In this document: positions 1 to 9,215 of the stretch, one piece after another
How positions within the stretch are numbered: the stretch's first letter is position 1
How the letters are laid out: each line of letters opens with the position of its first letter
Source: a virus
Lineage: Duplodnaviria; Caudoviricetes
Virus record (IMG/VR): IMGVR_UViG_3300042539_001535
Coordinates: 1-24,451 of that record
Direction: 5' to 3' (one strand)
Length of the DNA stretch: 24,451 bases
Position numbers and translations under genes: made by a program
The notes under the pieces: generated by a model
The model's input: only the letters and a program-made list of their open reading frames with translations
The model's database searches: none
Told to the model about the DNA's origin: nothing

Positions 1-3000
1 CTCCTGGCTCGCATCGATCCGCCCGGCTCTCCTGAGCGTCTGCTGCGTCAGCTCGCGAATGGCGGCCTGTTTCCGCTCGTCGTCGAGCGCCTGGATCTCC
101 GCCCAGCGTTCCGGCGTCACCCCGGCGGCCTGCCGCTGCTCCGGCGTCGCGAACAGCAGCGACTGCCCCCGCACCTTCTCCGCCAGCTCGACCTGCTCCT
201 GGCTGGCCAGCAGCCCGTCGAACACGGCCCGGACGTCGGGCGTCAGCACCGGGAGATCCTCGCCGTACTCGCGCCGGTAGGCTCGTGCCAGGCGATCGCG
301 CACCGTGACGTAGATGCGAGTCATCCACGCGCGCAGCCGGTCGAAGATGCCCTGCAGCTCCAGCGACGGCGCCTTGCCGGTCGCGAGGTAGTCCTCGAAG
401 TTGTAGGTGAAGGCCTCCAGCTTGGCCTCCTTCTGCTGCGCCGGCAGGGCATCGAACGCCGCCAGGTCGGCGACGCCCCACCACTTCGCCAGCGCCGCGA
501 CGTCGGCCTGCGTGCGCGCCGACCCGCCGTTGCGCGCCATCCGCATGAGCACGTCCACGTAGAAGTGCCCCAGCTCGTGCACGACCGTGCTGGCGTCGGA
601 CTTCCGAGTCAGCAGCAGCGCCAGCCGGTTCGGGTCGTAGCCGCCGCGGTCCTCTTGGCGCAAGATGTTCGGGTCATTCGGGTCGAAGGTGCCCCGGTTG
701 TCGGGCGACTTGATCTGCGTCGGCTGGAACGCGACGACTTCGGAGAACGCCTCGCCGTCGGCGTCGACAACCACGCCGTCGTAGCCGGCTGCCATGGCTA
801 CCTCGCGGATTCGCTTGCCACCAACCGACTTGGTGTCGCCTCTGGCAAGCAACTCCTCCTCTTGCTTGGTCCATCCACCAATGGCCAACAGCGGGTCGGC
901 ATTGATGACTTCTTGGTTCCTCGGCCGGTAGCTCAGGAACACCGGATTCCGCAACGCCACAACCGCCTCCACGACGTTGGAGCCGTAAGCGGACGCGGCA
1001 TCGCGATCGGCCGTGAAGTAGAAGCCTGCGCCGAAGTCTCCGTCGTTGCCCTGCGCATCGCCCAGCTTCGACAGGTCGAACTCGGTGAACTTGGCGTCGG
1101 TGCCGTGGTAGACCACCAGCGGCTTGCCCTCGGCGTCCACCACCTTCGACTCGCCGAACCACGCACGAAACTCGGGGGTGGCGGTATCTAGCGCGGCGGG
1201 CTTGCCAGGCTGCCGCAGCGCCGCGGCCAGGTCGGTGGCCCCCTCGAGGCGCAGCCGGAACCGCTCGGCGAACTGCCGCGGCGTCATGGACTCGCGGCGG
1301 GCCAAGGTCACGACGCTGTCGCGCCACAGCGCAGCGATGGTCGGGATCTTCGCCGCCGGGATCTCGGCGGTGGCACCGGCCACGGCGACGGCTTGTTGCA
1401 GCTCCTTCTCGAACCGCTGGCCCTCGGCGGCGGCCTCGTCGGTCCACACCCGCCGGAACTCGTCGTCGAGCCGCCCCAGCTCCTGCGTCAGATCGGCGTC
1501 GCGCTGCAGGATCGCGTCGTTGTCCTGGTCGCCGGCCGCGCGGCCCTTGGTGCGCAGGTCGGCGCGCTCCCGCTGCACCTCGCGGCGTCGGCCGACCAGC
1601 TCCAGCCACGTCGGCGAGGTCTCGGCCGTCAGCCGTTCGTCCTGCTGCAGCACCTCGATCTCGTCGCTGGACAGGGTCGAAGCGTTGCCCTGCTGGCGTT
1701 CGGTGGCCGCGGCGGAGCGCATCGCGGCCTCCATCTGCGGCATCGCCGCCTCCGAGGCTTGCGCCTCCGTGGCGGTCATCGCGTCCGGGTCGCCGATGCG
1801 GACGTGCGGGTCGAGCGCCTGGCCGAGCCGCGTGCCGGCCAGCTTCGTCGCGAACGTGGCGGCCGGGATCTGCACCATGCTGCCCGATGCCTCGGCCTGC
1901 GCGATCTGCTCGCTCAGGCCAGGCACCACGCTGTCGAGCTGCTCGGAGGCGGCCTTCTCCAGGCGCCCGGCGTCCGTGGTCTCCTTGTCGATCTGGCGCA
2001 GCACCTTGGCCGCCACGGCGCCATCCACGAACAGGGTGTCGGGGGCCTTGCCCTTCAGCACCTCACCCAGGAACCCCTCGACCATGTCCGGGTCGCGCGG
2101 CAGCGTCTTGCTGGTCTGCACGGCCTGCGTGATCTGGTCCCACTTCCGCTTGTTCTCGAGCGCCGCCGACGCACGGCTGCGGTCGGAGCGGAACCGGGCC
2201 ACGGCACCAGGCAGGGCGAGCACCGACATGCCCTGCGCCGTCTTCACGGCCACGTCGACCAACCGGTCGAGCACGTCGCCGGGGATCTCCGCGTCTTCCG
2301 GCCGCCGCGCCGCCCACTCGCCGACGATGTTGCTGACCTCCTGCGCGACCTCGGTCGCCGTCTCGCCCAGCATCGCGACGCTGTAGTCCTTGACGGCTCC
2401 GGCCACCGCGCCGCCGACGCCGGGCCGGGTCACCGCCGAGGCGACCTCGCGGCCGATCCAGCGGCGAAGGGCCTGGCGTGCCGGCCTCGACGCCACGCCG
2501 ACCACCGCGCCGCCCGCCACCTCCAGCGCCGTGTTGACGATGCCGACCCCGATCGACGCAGCTGCCGCCCGGCTCGGGTCGTAGCCGGCCTCGATCATGT
2601 CGGCGTAGCTGTTGCCCGACTCAGTCTCGAACAGCTCGCGCAGCAAACGCATGCCGCCAGCCACCGCGAAGCCGGCCGCCGCGGCCGCGGGCACGGTCAG
2701 CGGGGCAGCCACCACCTGCGGGCCGGCCGCGCTCAACGCCGCCGCCGGCACGGCAGCCGCCATGGCGCCAAGTACGCCGTCAGCGATGACATCCTTGGCG
2801 GACTCGAACTGCTGGCCCGCGAACTCGAACACCGGCCCCAGGATGAACGGGCCTTCGGGCAACCGACGGAGCCGATCGGAGACCTGCGCCAGGTACATCC
2901 GGCCGCCTTCGTCAAGCTGCCCTCGGCGATCCATCGACGCCAGCTCGCCGCGCTCGCTGATCAGCCGCCCGCGCTGCCACGAACCGGCCAGCCTCTCGAG

Positions 3001-3459
3001 GGTCGACAGGTTCTCGCTGTCGTCCCAGGCCATGCGAGCGAACGCCGGATCCTCCATGGCGCGCGACCACTCCGGCACGGCCATGCTGGTCTGCAGCGCC
3101 GTGTTCCGGCGCGCCACCGCCACCTTGCGCAGAAAGTCGATGTCGGTCTCAGCCTGCGTCAGCGGAACGTTGAGCTCCTGCGACAGCCGGCGAGCCTCGG
3201 CGAAGGTGCTCGGGTCGCTGTCGATCGCCGCCCGCATCGAGGCCGCCCAGTCGGACTGTCGCTGCTGCTGCACCCACCGCACTGCTTCCTCAACCGACCC
3301 AGGCTGCGGCTCCTGGGCAGCTGGCGCTGCGGGTTGCGGATCCTGCGGGGCAGGAGCAACCGGGCCGCCATCGACCGTGGTGGGAACGGTGGGAACGGTG
3401 GGAGCTTCGGCGTCGTCAGCGCCCCCGTCCATCGATACCGCAGGAGGCAGGCCGCTCAT
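1..3459 (-). CDS. Large internal virion / ejection protein (polyvalent-protein type) with ADP-ribosyltransferase-like and HExxH metallopeptidase-like domains; runs off the left edge (>1153 aa)
   Basis: Not in the ORF track. ATG at 3459 overlaps the upstream TGA (ATGA); translated by hand as MSGLPPAVSMDGGADDAEAPTVPTVPTT..., open to base 1. Contains TPEFRAWFGESKVVDAEGKPLVVYHGT...GFYFT...GYDGVV...EVVAFQPTQIKS (~1185-700) and DASTVVHELGHF (HELGH at 579-565). Third gene after the nozzle, where podophages put their largest ejection protein. Confidence 0.85.
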   Translation of the reverse strand, partial: MSGLPPAVSMDGGADDAEAPTVPTVPTTVDGGPVAPAPQDPQPAAPAAQEPQPGSVEEAVRWVQQQRQSDWAASMRAAIDSDPSTFAEARRLSQELNVPLTQAETDIDFLRKVAVARRNTALQTSMAVPEWSRAMEDPAFARMAWDDSENLSTLERLAGSWQRGRLISERGELASMDRRGQLDEGGRMYLAQVSDRLRRLPEGPFILGPVFEFAGQQFESAKDVIADGVLGAMAAAVPAAALSAAGPQVVAAPLTVPAAAAAGFAVAGGMRLLRELFETESGNSYADMIEAGYDPSRAAAASIGVGIVNTALEVAGGAVVGVASRPARQALRRWIGREVASAVTRPGVGGAVAGAVKDYSVAMLGETATEVAQEVSNIVGEWAARRPEDAEIPGDVLDRLVDVAVKTAQGMSVLALPGAVARFRSDRSRASAALENKRKWDQITQAVQTSKTLPRDPDMVEGFLGEVLKGKAPDTLFVDGAVAAKVLRQIDKETTDAGRLEKAASEQLDSVVPGLSEQIAQAEASGSMVQIPAATFATKLAGTRLGQALDPHVRIGDPDAMTATEAQASEAAMPQMEAAMRSAAATERQQGNASTLSSDEIEVLQQDERLTAETSPTWLELVGRRREVQRERADLRTKGRAAGDQDNDAILQRDADLTQELGRLDDEFRRVWTDEAAAEGQRFEKELQQAVAVAGATAEIPAAKIPTIAALWRDSVVTLARRESMTPRQFAERFRLRLEGATDLAAALRQPGKPAALDTATPEFRAWFGESKVVDAEGKPLVVYHGTDAKFTEFDLSKLGDAQGNDGDFGAGFYFTADRDAASAYGSNVVEAVVALRNPVFLSYRPRNQEVINADPLLAIGGWTKQEEELLARGDTKSVGGKRIREVAMAAGYDGVVVDADGEAFSEVVAFQPTQIKSPDNRGTFDPNDPNILRQEDRGGYDPNRLALLLTRKSDASTVVHELGHFYVDVLMRMARNGGSARTQADVAALAKWWGVADLAAFDALPAQQKEAKLEAFTYNFEDYLATGKAPSLELQGIFDRLRAWMTRIYVTVRDRLARAYRREYGEDLPVLTPDVRAVFDGLLASQEQVELAEKVRGQSLLFATPEQRQAAGVTPERWAEIQALDDERKQAAIRELTQQTLRRAGRIDASQE

Positions 3460-5297
3460 CGGGATCCTGCGGCCGAACGCCGGTCAGCTTCCCAGCGAAG
3501 CGTCGCGTCGAACAAGCTCTGGCCTGTTGGGCGGCTGAACGCCGGCCAGCTTCCTAGCGATGCGTCGCGGTCCGCGGCCTGTCGCCCGCGGGTATCGCCA
3601 GGGCCTGGGCTTCCCATGCGCAGCCACGCCTGCACGATGTCGATCGCGTCGATGGCGCCATTGGGGTTGGTGCGACGCATCGTAGCGACGATCTCGTCGC
3701 GGCGATCCTCCGGCACATCGCCCAGGAACACCTTCTTGCCGCCGACCATGACGTAGGCTTCTGCCTGCCGGCCTCGCAGCGTCGCGGCCTCCAGCGTCAT
3801 CTCGGGATCGAAGCCGACCTCTTCGAGGTAAACCTTGTTGCGCAGCTTCGGCTTCATCACCTCGAGTTCGATCTCGGCGTCGGTGAGGTCGCGCCCGCGC
3901 TTGTCGCGAAGCTTGTTGACCTCGTCTTCCACGTTCTCCCGCCACTTGTCGTAGGCCTCCTGGTCGGCGTCGCTCCACTTGCCGCTCTTCGGCACGATGT
4001 CGAGCCTTCGGCCCCACGACTTCATTCGCTCCTCTTTCGTCCGGATCTCCTGCTTGCCGCGCACGAACTGGAAGCGGGCGTCGGCGTCGCGGTCGCTCAG
4101 CCCCTGGCCAAGGAAGGCGGTCAACTGCTGGTCCGACATCTGCCGCAGCGTCTCGATCGGAATGGTCTGCAGCATGCGCTCGAACTCAGGATCCGTGCGC
4201 CGCGGCCGGCCGCCCTCGATCTGTTGCAGGCTGCCCACCACACCAAGCGACGTCGCGCGCTCCAGTAGCAGGGGGTTGTCGTCGAGCGACTTGCGAGGGT
4301 TGGCGGCAAACCACTCGCGCGCCTCCCTCTCGAGCTGGTTGATGGCGTAGGCCTGCTCTTCGCGCCGGTCGTGTTCCGCCTCGCGCAGGCGACGCCGGGC
4401 CGCGTCGCGCACGTCGACCTCGATCGCGCCGCTCTGCCACTGCTGCTGCAGCAGCTCCATCCGCTCGGTGAGGTTGGCCCCCTTCGCCTCGAGCTCGTCT
4501 GCCAGCCGCTGGGCGCGGTCCTGCACACCGGCCGTCTTGGTCACCCGCTCCGCGCGGGCAAGGAACTGCGGGCTGACTTCGCCGCGGATGCTCTCCAGGT
4601 AGCTGATCGCGGCCGACGGGGCCTGCTGCACCAGTCGCTCCAGCACCACACCGTGCATTCGGTCTCGGCTCTGGCGCAGCATGGCCTCCCGTTGCTCTGG
4701 TGCCCACCCTTCGAGCTCCGCCAGCGCGTTCACCTCCTGCTCCGCCGTCAGCCGCGCCTTCGCCGCCGCTGCGTCGGCGCTCTCGTTGCCCGTGCCGGCA
4801 TACAGCGAGAACGTCGCCTCGCTCTCCTGCAGCCGCGCCTGCGCCTGCCCCATGGCGAAGCTGCGGTTCTCTCGTCGCCCGTGGTCCTCGACCAGGCTCC
4901 TGGCGTCGGCCAGCTTCTGCGCCGACAGCGACGCGAACAGTTCGCGCTGCTCGGGGTTCTGTGCCTGCTCGCCCAGCTTGCCCGCAACCTTGTCCAGCTC
5001 CTCGATCGTGCGCGGCTGCGCGTCGATGGCCTTGCCGCCAGCCAGCTGCCGGTACTCGCCCACCCGCTTGCGCAGAGCTTCCGACAGCTGCGTGTCCAGC
5101 TGCTTCACGAAGTTGGCGTCGTATTCGTCCTGCAGCTCCTGGCCGACGATCCGCGCCGTGGCGCCGGCGCGCTCCAGGCCGCGGCCGACACCGAACAGCT
5201 GCTGGCCCGTGGCGTCCTCGGTCGGCACCGTCCGCGGAGCCGCGAACCCTGGACCCTGGAACGGCTGCGCGCCGACGCTGGGGAGAATCACGACCAT
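3456..5297 (-). CDS. Internal virion / ejection protein (middle one, helical, 613 aa)
   Basis: Long Ala/Glu/Arg/Gln-rich helical ORF with a Pro-rich N-terminus, tightly coupled to both neighbours; position equivalent to the T7 gp15-type core protein. Confidence 0.7.
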   Translation of the reverse strand: MVVILPSVGAQPFQGPGFAAPRTVPTEDATGQQLFGVGRGLERAGATARIVGQELQDEYDANFVKQLDTQLSEALRKRVGEYRQLAGGKAIDAQPRTIEELDKVAGKLGEQAQNPEQRELFASLSAQKLADARSLVEDHGRRENRSFAMGQAQARLQESEATFSLYAGTGNESADAAAAKARLTAEQEVNALAELEGWAPEQREAMLRQSRDRMHGVVLERLVQQAPSAAISYLESIRGEVSPQFLARAERVTKTAGVQDRAQRLADELEAKGANLTERMELLQQQWQSGAIEVDVRDAARRRLREAEHDRREEQAYAINQLEREAREWFAANPRKSLDDNPLLLERATSLGVVGSLQQIEGGRPRRTDPEFERMLQTIPIETLRQMSDQQLTAFLGQGLSDRDADARFQFVRGKQEIRTKEERMKSWGRRLDIVPKSGKWSDADQEAYDKWRENVEDEVNKLRDKRGRDLTDAEIELEVMKPKLRNKVYLEEVGFDPEMTLEAATLRGRQAEAYVMVGGKKVFLGDVPEDRRDEIVATMRRTNPNGAIDAIDIVQAWLRMGSPGPGDTRGRQAADRDASLGSWPAFSRPTGQSLFDATLRWEADRRSAAGSR

Positions 5298-5300
5298 CTG

Positions 5301-5927
5301 TCATCGCCTCCGGTACGGGCCGATCAGGTTCGAGGCACTGCCCAGGATGCTGCCGAACGTCTGCAGCCCTGGGTTGATCGAGTCGGCGCTGCTGCGCAGG
5401 TTGTTGGCCGAGACGCCCGCCATCATGCCGCGGATCCGCTGGTTCGTGGCCTGCATGCGCGCCGCTCGTGCCGCTCGCACCGTGTTCGCGTTGATCTGCT
5501 GCACGTCCTGCTGCTTCGCTAGCTCCGTCGAGGCCATCGCCTCAGCCGCACTGCCGCTGCCGCCCTGCACGCCACGCGCCGCCGCCGACGTCGCCTGCCG
5601 CGCCTTGGCCTGCGTGTAGCGCGCCGAAGTCACGCTCGCCTGCAGCTCGCCAGCCCGCCGCACTTCGCTCGCCTCGAACTCGGCCACGCCCGCGTTGATC
5701 GCGGCCATGTTCTTCTCGAACTCCAGCGACAGCGCCTGCGACCGAAGCTGCCCCTGCTGCGCCTTGGCGGCGTAGTAGGTGCCGATCGCCTGGAAGGCGC
5801 TACCAGCGATCTGCGTCCAGAAGCCGGCCGCACGCGCCACGCCGGCAGCCGTGGGCGCCGTCGATGGCTGCGTCGGCTGCTGCTGCGTCGCCTGCCAAGG
5901 GTAGGCCAAGTAGCTGAAGGAACTCAT
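5301..5927 (-). CDS. Small internal virion / ejection protein (208 aa)
   Basis: Ala/Gln/Gly-rich with QARQATSAAARGVQGGSGSAAE, the pattern typical of the T7 gp14-position core protein; directly follows the nozzle gene. Confidence 0.7.
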   Translation of the reverse strand: MSSFSYLAYPWQATQQQPTQPSTAPTAAGVARAAGFWTQIAGSAFQAIGTYYAAKAQQGQLRSQALSLEFEKNMAAINAGVAEFEASEVRRAGELQASVTSARYTQAKARQATSAAARGVQGGSGSAAEAMASTELAKQQDVQQINANTVRAARAARMQATNQRIRGMMAGVSANNLRSSADSINPGLQTFGSILGSASNLIGPYRRR

Positions 5928-5928
5928 A

Positions 5929-8900
5929 TCACGTCACCTCGGCCTCGATGGCCACGCCCACCACCATGATCGGATACGGCTCCTGCTGGCGCACCAGCAC
6001 CGCGCCGTTGACGTTCCAGTTGGGGAACAGCGTCATGTCGTGTTCATCTTGCTGCTTCGCGACCTGCACCATGGTCAGGTTGGGCACGCCGACCTGGAAC
6101 CGCTCCGTCTGCAGCGTCCGCAGCCACGCCTTGTTCACGTTCTTCACCCGGCCCTGCGAGAACGCATCCACGGCCACGGTCATCGGCAGCGTTTCGAGCT
6201 CGCAGGTGTAGCGCAGGCCGACATGCACGACGTCGCCGGCCACCGCAAACGTGGCGGTGTTGCTGGCCACGGTCACCGGCCCCTGCTGCACGCCGTTCGT
6301 CACCGCGTAGACCGGGATCCCCTCGAGATGGTCCAGCCCACGGAACACCTTGCGCGCGATGCTCCAGGTCGACTGCGCCACGCCCAACACCGCGTACCGG
6401 TTCAGGCTGCGGGCGATGACCTGGGTTGGGCTGGTGTAGGTCGTAATCAGGAACTTGCTGACCTCGGCCGTGGGTCCGCCGAACCGGACCCACACCTCGG
6501 CGCCGTCCGTCGCGTCGGCAGCCACGAACTTGGCGGTGCTGCTCGTGATGGTCGCCAGCGTGCCGCTCGACTCGTCGCCAGCGGCAACCGCCAGCGTCAC
6601 CGTTGCGCCGTCGGTCACCTCGCCGAGGAAGCTCAAGCTGCTGTCCAGGCGGATGCCGTCGACCTTGTCGAGCACCGTCGACACTGGCGCCATGTACTCG
6701 ATGTAGAGGTTGCCGAAGCGCCGGACGGCCGCGTAGACCGTGTCCTCTCCCGCCTCGGTCAGCCCGACGATCGACTCGATGACGCTGTCGGCGTAGCCGC
6801 TGATCCCGACGCCCGTGTCGTGCCGCGTCCATGCGGCCATCTGCTGTTCGGGAATGTAGGTGCAGGCCAGCAGCAGGTTGCTGGTGCTGTTGGCCCACAG
6901 CAGCGGCAGCGGCGCGCGCCCGTAGCTCAGCTCGGTGATCTCGTGGCCGTCGAACAGGTGCGAGGCGCGGAAGCTGATGTCCTCTGGAACGTAGCCGTCC
7001 TGCGTCAGGCGGAACCCGATCGCGTAGAGGTGCCCGCCGCGGCTCGCCTCGAACACACAGTTGGTCTCGACGATCTCCGGCCGGGTCTGGCTGCAGCCGA
7101 CGAAGCTCTGCGTGCGGATGCCGATGGTGTCCGGTGTCAGCGCGTCGCTGTTGACCGGCGAAGCGCGGAACTCCGCCGAGTCCGTCAGCACCAGCATCTG
7201 CTGCAGCGGCACGATGTGCCGGATGGCGCATGCCTCTCGCCACGTCAAGGTTGCGTCGATGCGATCCGTGTCGAGCAACGGGATGTGGTAGACGTAGTCG
7301 CCGTCACGCCCCGAAACGCTGCCCAGGATGGTCTGCGGCCGCATCTGCATGCCGCCGAACCATCGGCGCTGTTCCTGGTGACCCACCGCCGCCGGGTTGT
7401 CGGTGTTCAGCGACTTGTCGACGATGCCCAGCGTCAACCCGATGTCGGGCGGAATGCCGTCGTCGCGGAACGTCGTGGCGTCCGTCGAGCCGATCAGGCC
7501 CAGCACGCCGACCCGCTTCTTGTAGATGCGGAAGCTGTAGCCTGGTTCCCCCGCGTTCGGGTGCGTCCAGGAGAGCGTGTTGTAGCTGTTCTCGACGGTC
7601 AGGTCGTTGTCGATGCTGACGTCGCCCGTGGTCTCGGATTCCTGGCCGTTGGGGGCGACGCAGGTGACACGGTAGGTCTCCGTCTCCGTGCGCGACGCGC
7701 GCCGCACGTAGCAGTCGCCGCTGACCGTAGACGGCGCTGGAGGAGCAAAAGCAGCCCACCGGCGAGCAACCTGCTGTTCGTCCTGCAGCCGGAACGTGTT
7801 GGGCGTGGCGTATGAGACCGTGAAGTACCCAGCAGATGCGCTGCTAGGCGGACCCTGCCAGCCGCCGCCTGGACCGCCTGGATCGATTTCCTCAAGGTAG
7901 ACTAGGTCATTGTTGATCAGGTTATGCTGGCTTTGCGTCCTCGACTCAAACTGCGTGAACAGGTCGAAGTTTGGCGTGCGGCTGTCCCATGCGAGGAAGA
8001 TGCGGTGTCCGTAGGTCGGAACAACCTGCAGGTTGGCTACCGCAGGCACCGTCGGCGAGAACTGCACAGGCTCGTACGCCCACTCGATCGCCCCGTACCT
8101 GCGCAGCTCGTGCGCGGGCGCCGTGCCGAACGCGAGCGTCATCACGTCCGCGTTCTGCGAGTAGGTGCACGCCTGCAGCTGCGCGAGCGTGTGCGTGTGC
8201 GGGATGCTGAGCAGGCCGTCGGATGGCTGCACGTACCAGGAAGCGGTGTCCGAGGTCAGTGGCACCAGCGCCCCGGCCGCGGGGAACGACGTTCGCGCCC
8301 AGTGGTAGCTGCCACCATTCAGCACCAGCGAGCCCGCCCGATAGACCTTCGTGATCTGCACCGTGCCGCTGCCCGCCGCCGTGATGTTCTGCACCACGCC
8401 GTCGACATTCGTGAGCTGCAGCCGAAGAAAGTCGACCGGCTTGGCGTAGAGCGTCGTCGTGTTCTTCACCACCACGCCGCCAATCGAGATGTTGGTGCCC
8501 GTGCTGCGCACACGCACTTGATCCCCCAGCTGAAGCAAATGGCTGGCCGCGCAGGTGATCGTTTCGGTGCCGGTGTCGATCGAGCTGATCGTCGGGTTCG
8601 CCACGAACCGCGGCGGGGCGCCGGCTTCCCGCGTGACCTTGCGCAACGTGAGCGTGCCGGTGAACGTCGCCCACAGGTTGAGCGTCGCGCCGCCGCTCGT
8701 CAGCGACAGCTGCATGGTCGTCGAGGTCGTGGCCTTGGCATAGAACCAGTCACTTGGCCCCATGCTCTGCACGACCACGTTGTTGTAGGTCGGGAAGGTG
8801 CCGCTGCACGCGAACTCGACCAGGTCGCCGTCGACGATGCCGTGCGGCGTCGCGGTCGTGATGGTCTCCGTGCCCAGGTCCAAGCCCGACACCGTCACGG

Positions 8901-9213
8901 CGCTGCTGTAGACCGTCGAGGGGATCCGCACCGTGCCGCCCTGCGTGTGGAGGCGGTAGTAGCCGGCTCCGGCCTCGATCGCGTAGTTCTGGCCCTGGCT
9001 GTAGCGGAACCGCAGCAGCGCGACGCCGTCGCTGTTGGCCGCCTCGCGCAGGAACCGCAGGCCGGGCCGGCCTACGACGCTGCCCTGCGGCCGCACCAGC
9101 ATGTTGCGGATGCGCGCGGCGCCGACCTGAAACGCCACGTCCTCGATGCGCCCCAGCATGCCCGGGGCGATCTCGCCGCCGGCAAACGCGCCCTGGAACT
9201 TGCGGGTGCGCAT
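5929..9213 (-). CDS. Tail tubular protein B / nozzle (P22 gp10 / T7 gp12-like), 1094 aa, with inserted beta repeats
   Basis: Probable start is ATG 9213 (MRTRKFQGAFAGGEIAPGMLGRIED...RNMLVRPQGSVVGRPG), not 9522. Also YSQNADVM, PAAVGHQEQRRWF, LLVLTDSAEF-like segment, YIPEQQMAAWTRH, GLDHLEG, VHVGLRY, all characteristic of podophage nozzle proteins. Confidence 0.88.
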   Translation of the reverse strand: MRTRKFQGAFAGGEIAPGMLGRIEDVAFQVGAARIRNMLVRPQGSVVGRPGLRFLREAANSDGVALLRFRYSQGQNYAIEAGAGYYRLHTQGGTVRIPSTVYSSAVTVSGLDLGTETITTATPHGIVDGDLVEFACSGTFPTYNNVVVQSMGPSDWFYAKATTSTTMQLSLTSGGATLNLWATFTGTLTLRKVTREAGAPPRFVANPTISSIDTGTETITCAASHLLQLGDQVRVRSTGTNISIGGVVVKNTTTLYAKPVDFLRLQLTNVDGVVQNITAAGSGTVQITKVYRAGSLVLNGGSYHWARTSFPAAGALVPLTSDTASWYVQPSDGLLSIPHTHTLAQLQACTYSQNADVMTLAFGTAPAHELRRYGAIEWAYEPVQFSPTVPAVANLQVVPTYGHRIFLAWDSRTPNFDLFTQFESRTQSQHNLINNDLVYLEEIDPGGPGGGWQGPPSSASAGYFTVSYATPNTFRLQDEQQVARRWAAFAPPAPSTVSGDCYVRRASRTETETYRVTCVAPNGQESETTGDVSIDNDLTVENSYNTLSWTHPNAGEPGYSFRIYKKRVGVLGLIGSTDATTFRDDGIPPDIGLTLGIVDKSLNTDNPAAVGHQEQRRWFGGMQMRPQTILGSVSGRDGDYVYHIPLLDTDRIDATLTWREACAIRHIVPLQQMLVLTDSAEFRASPVNSDALTPDTIGIRTQSFVGCSQTRPEIVETNCVFEASRGGHLYAIGFRLTQDGYVPEDISFRASHLFDGHEITELSYGRAPLPLLWANSTSNLLLACTYIPEQQMAAWTRHDTGVGISGYADSVIESIVGLTEAGEDTVYAAVRRFGNLYIEYMAPVSTVLDKVDGIRLDSSLSFLGEVTDGATVTLAVAAGDESSGTLATITSSTAKFVAADATDGAEVWVRFGGPTAEVSKFLITTYTSPTQVIARSLNRYAVLGVAQSTWSIARKVFRGLDHLEGIPVYAVTNGVQQGPVTVASNTATFAVAGDVVHVGLRYTCELETLPMTVAVDAFSQGRVKNVNKAWLRTLQTERFQVGVPNLTMVQVAKQQDEHDMTLFPNWNVNGAVLVRQQEPYPIMVVGVAIEAEVT

Positions 9214-9215
9214 CG

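Noticed and set aside
3379-3403. GTGGGAAC copies matching the iteron-like core
   Set aside because: They have a 9-bp period and encode PTVPTVPT in the disordered N-terminus of the ejection protein; most simply a coding microrepeat.
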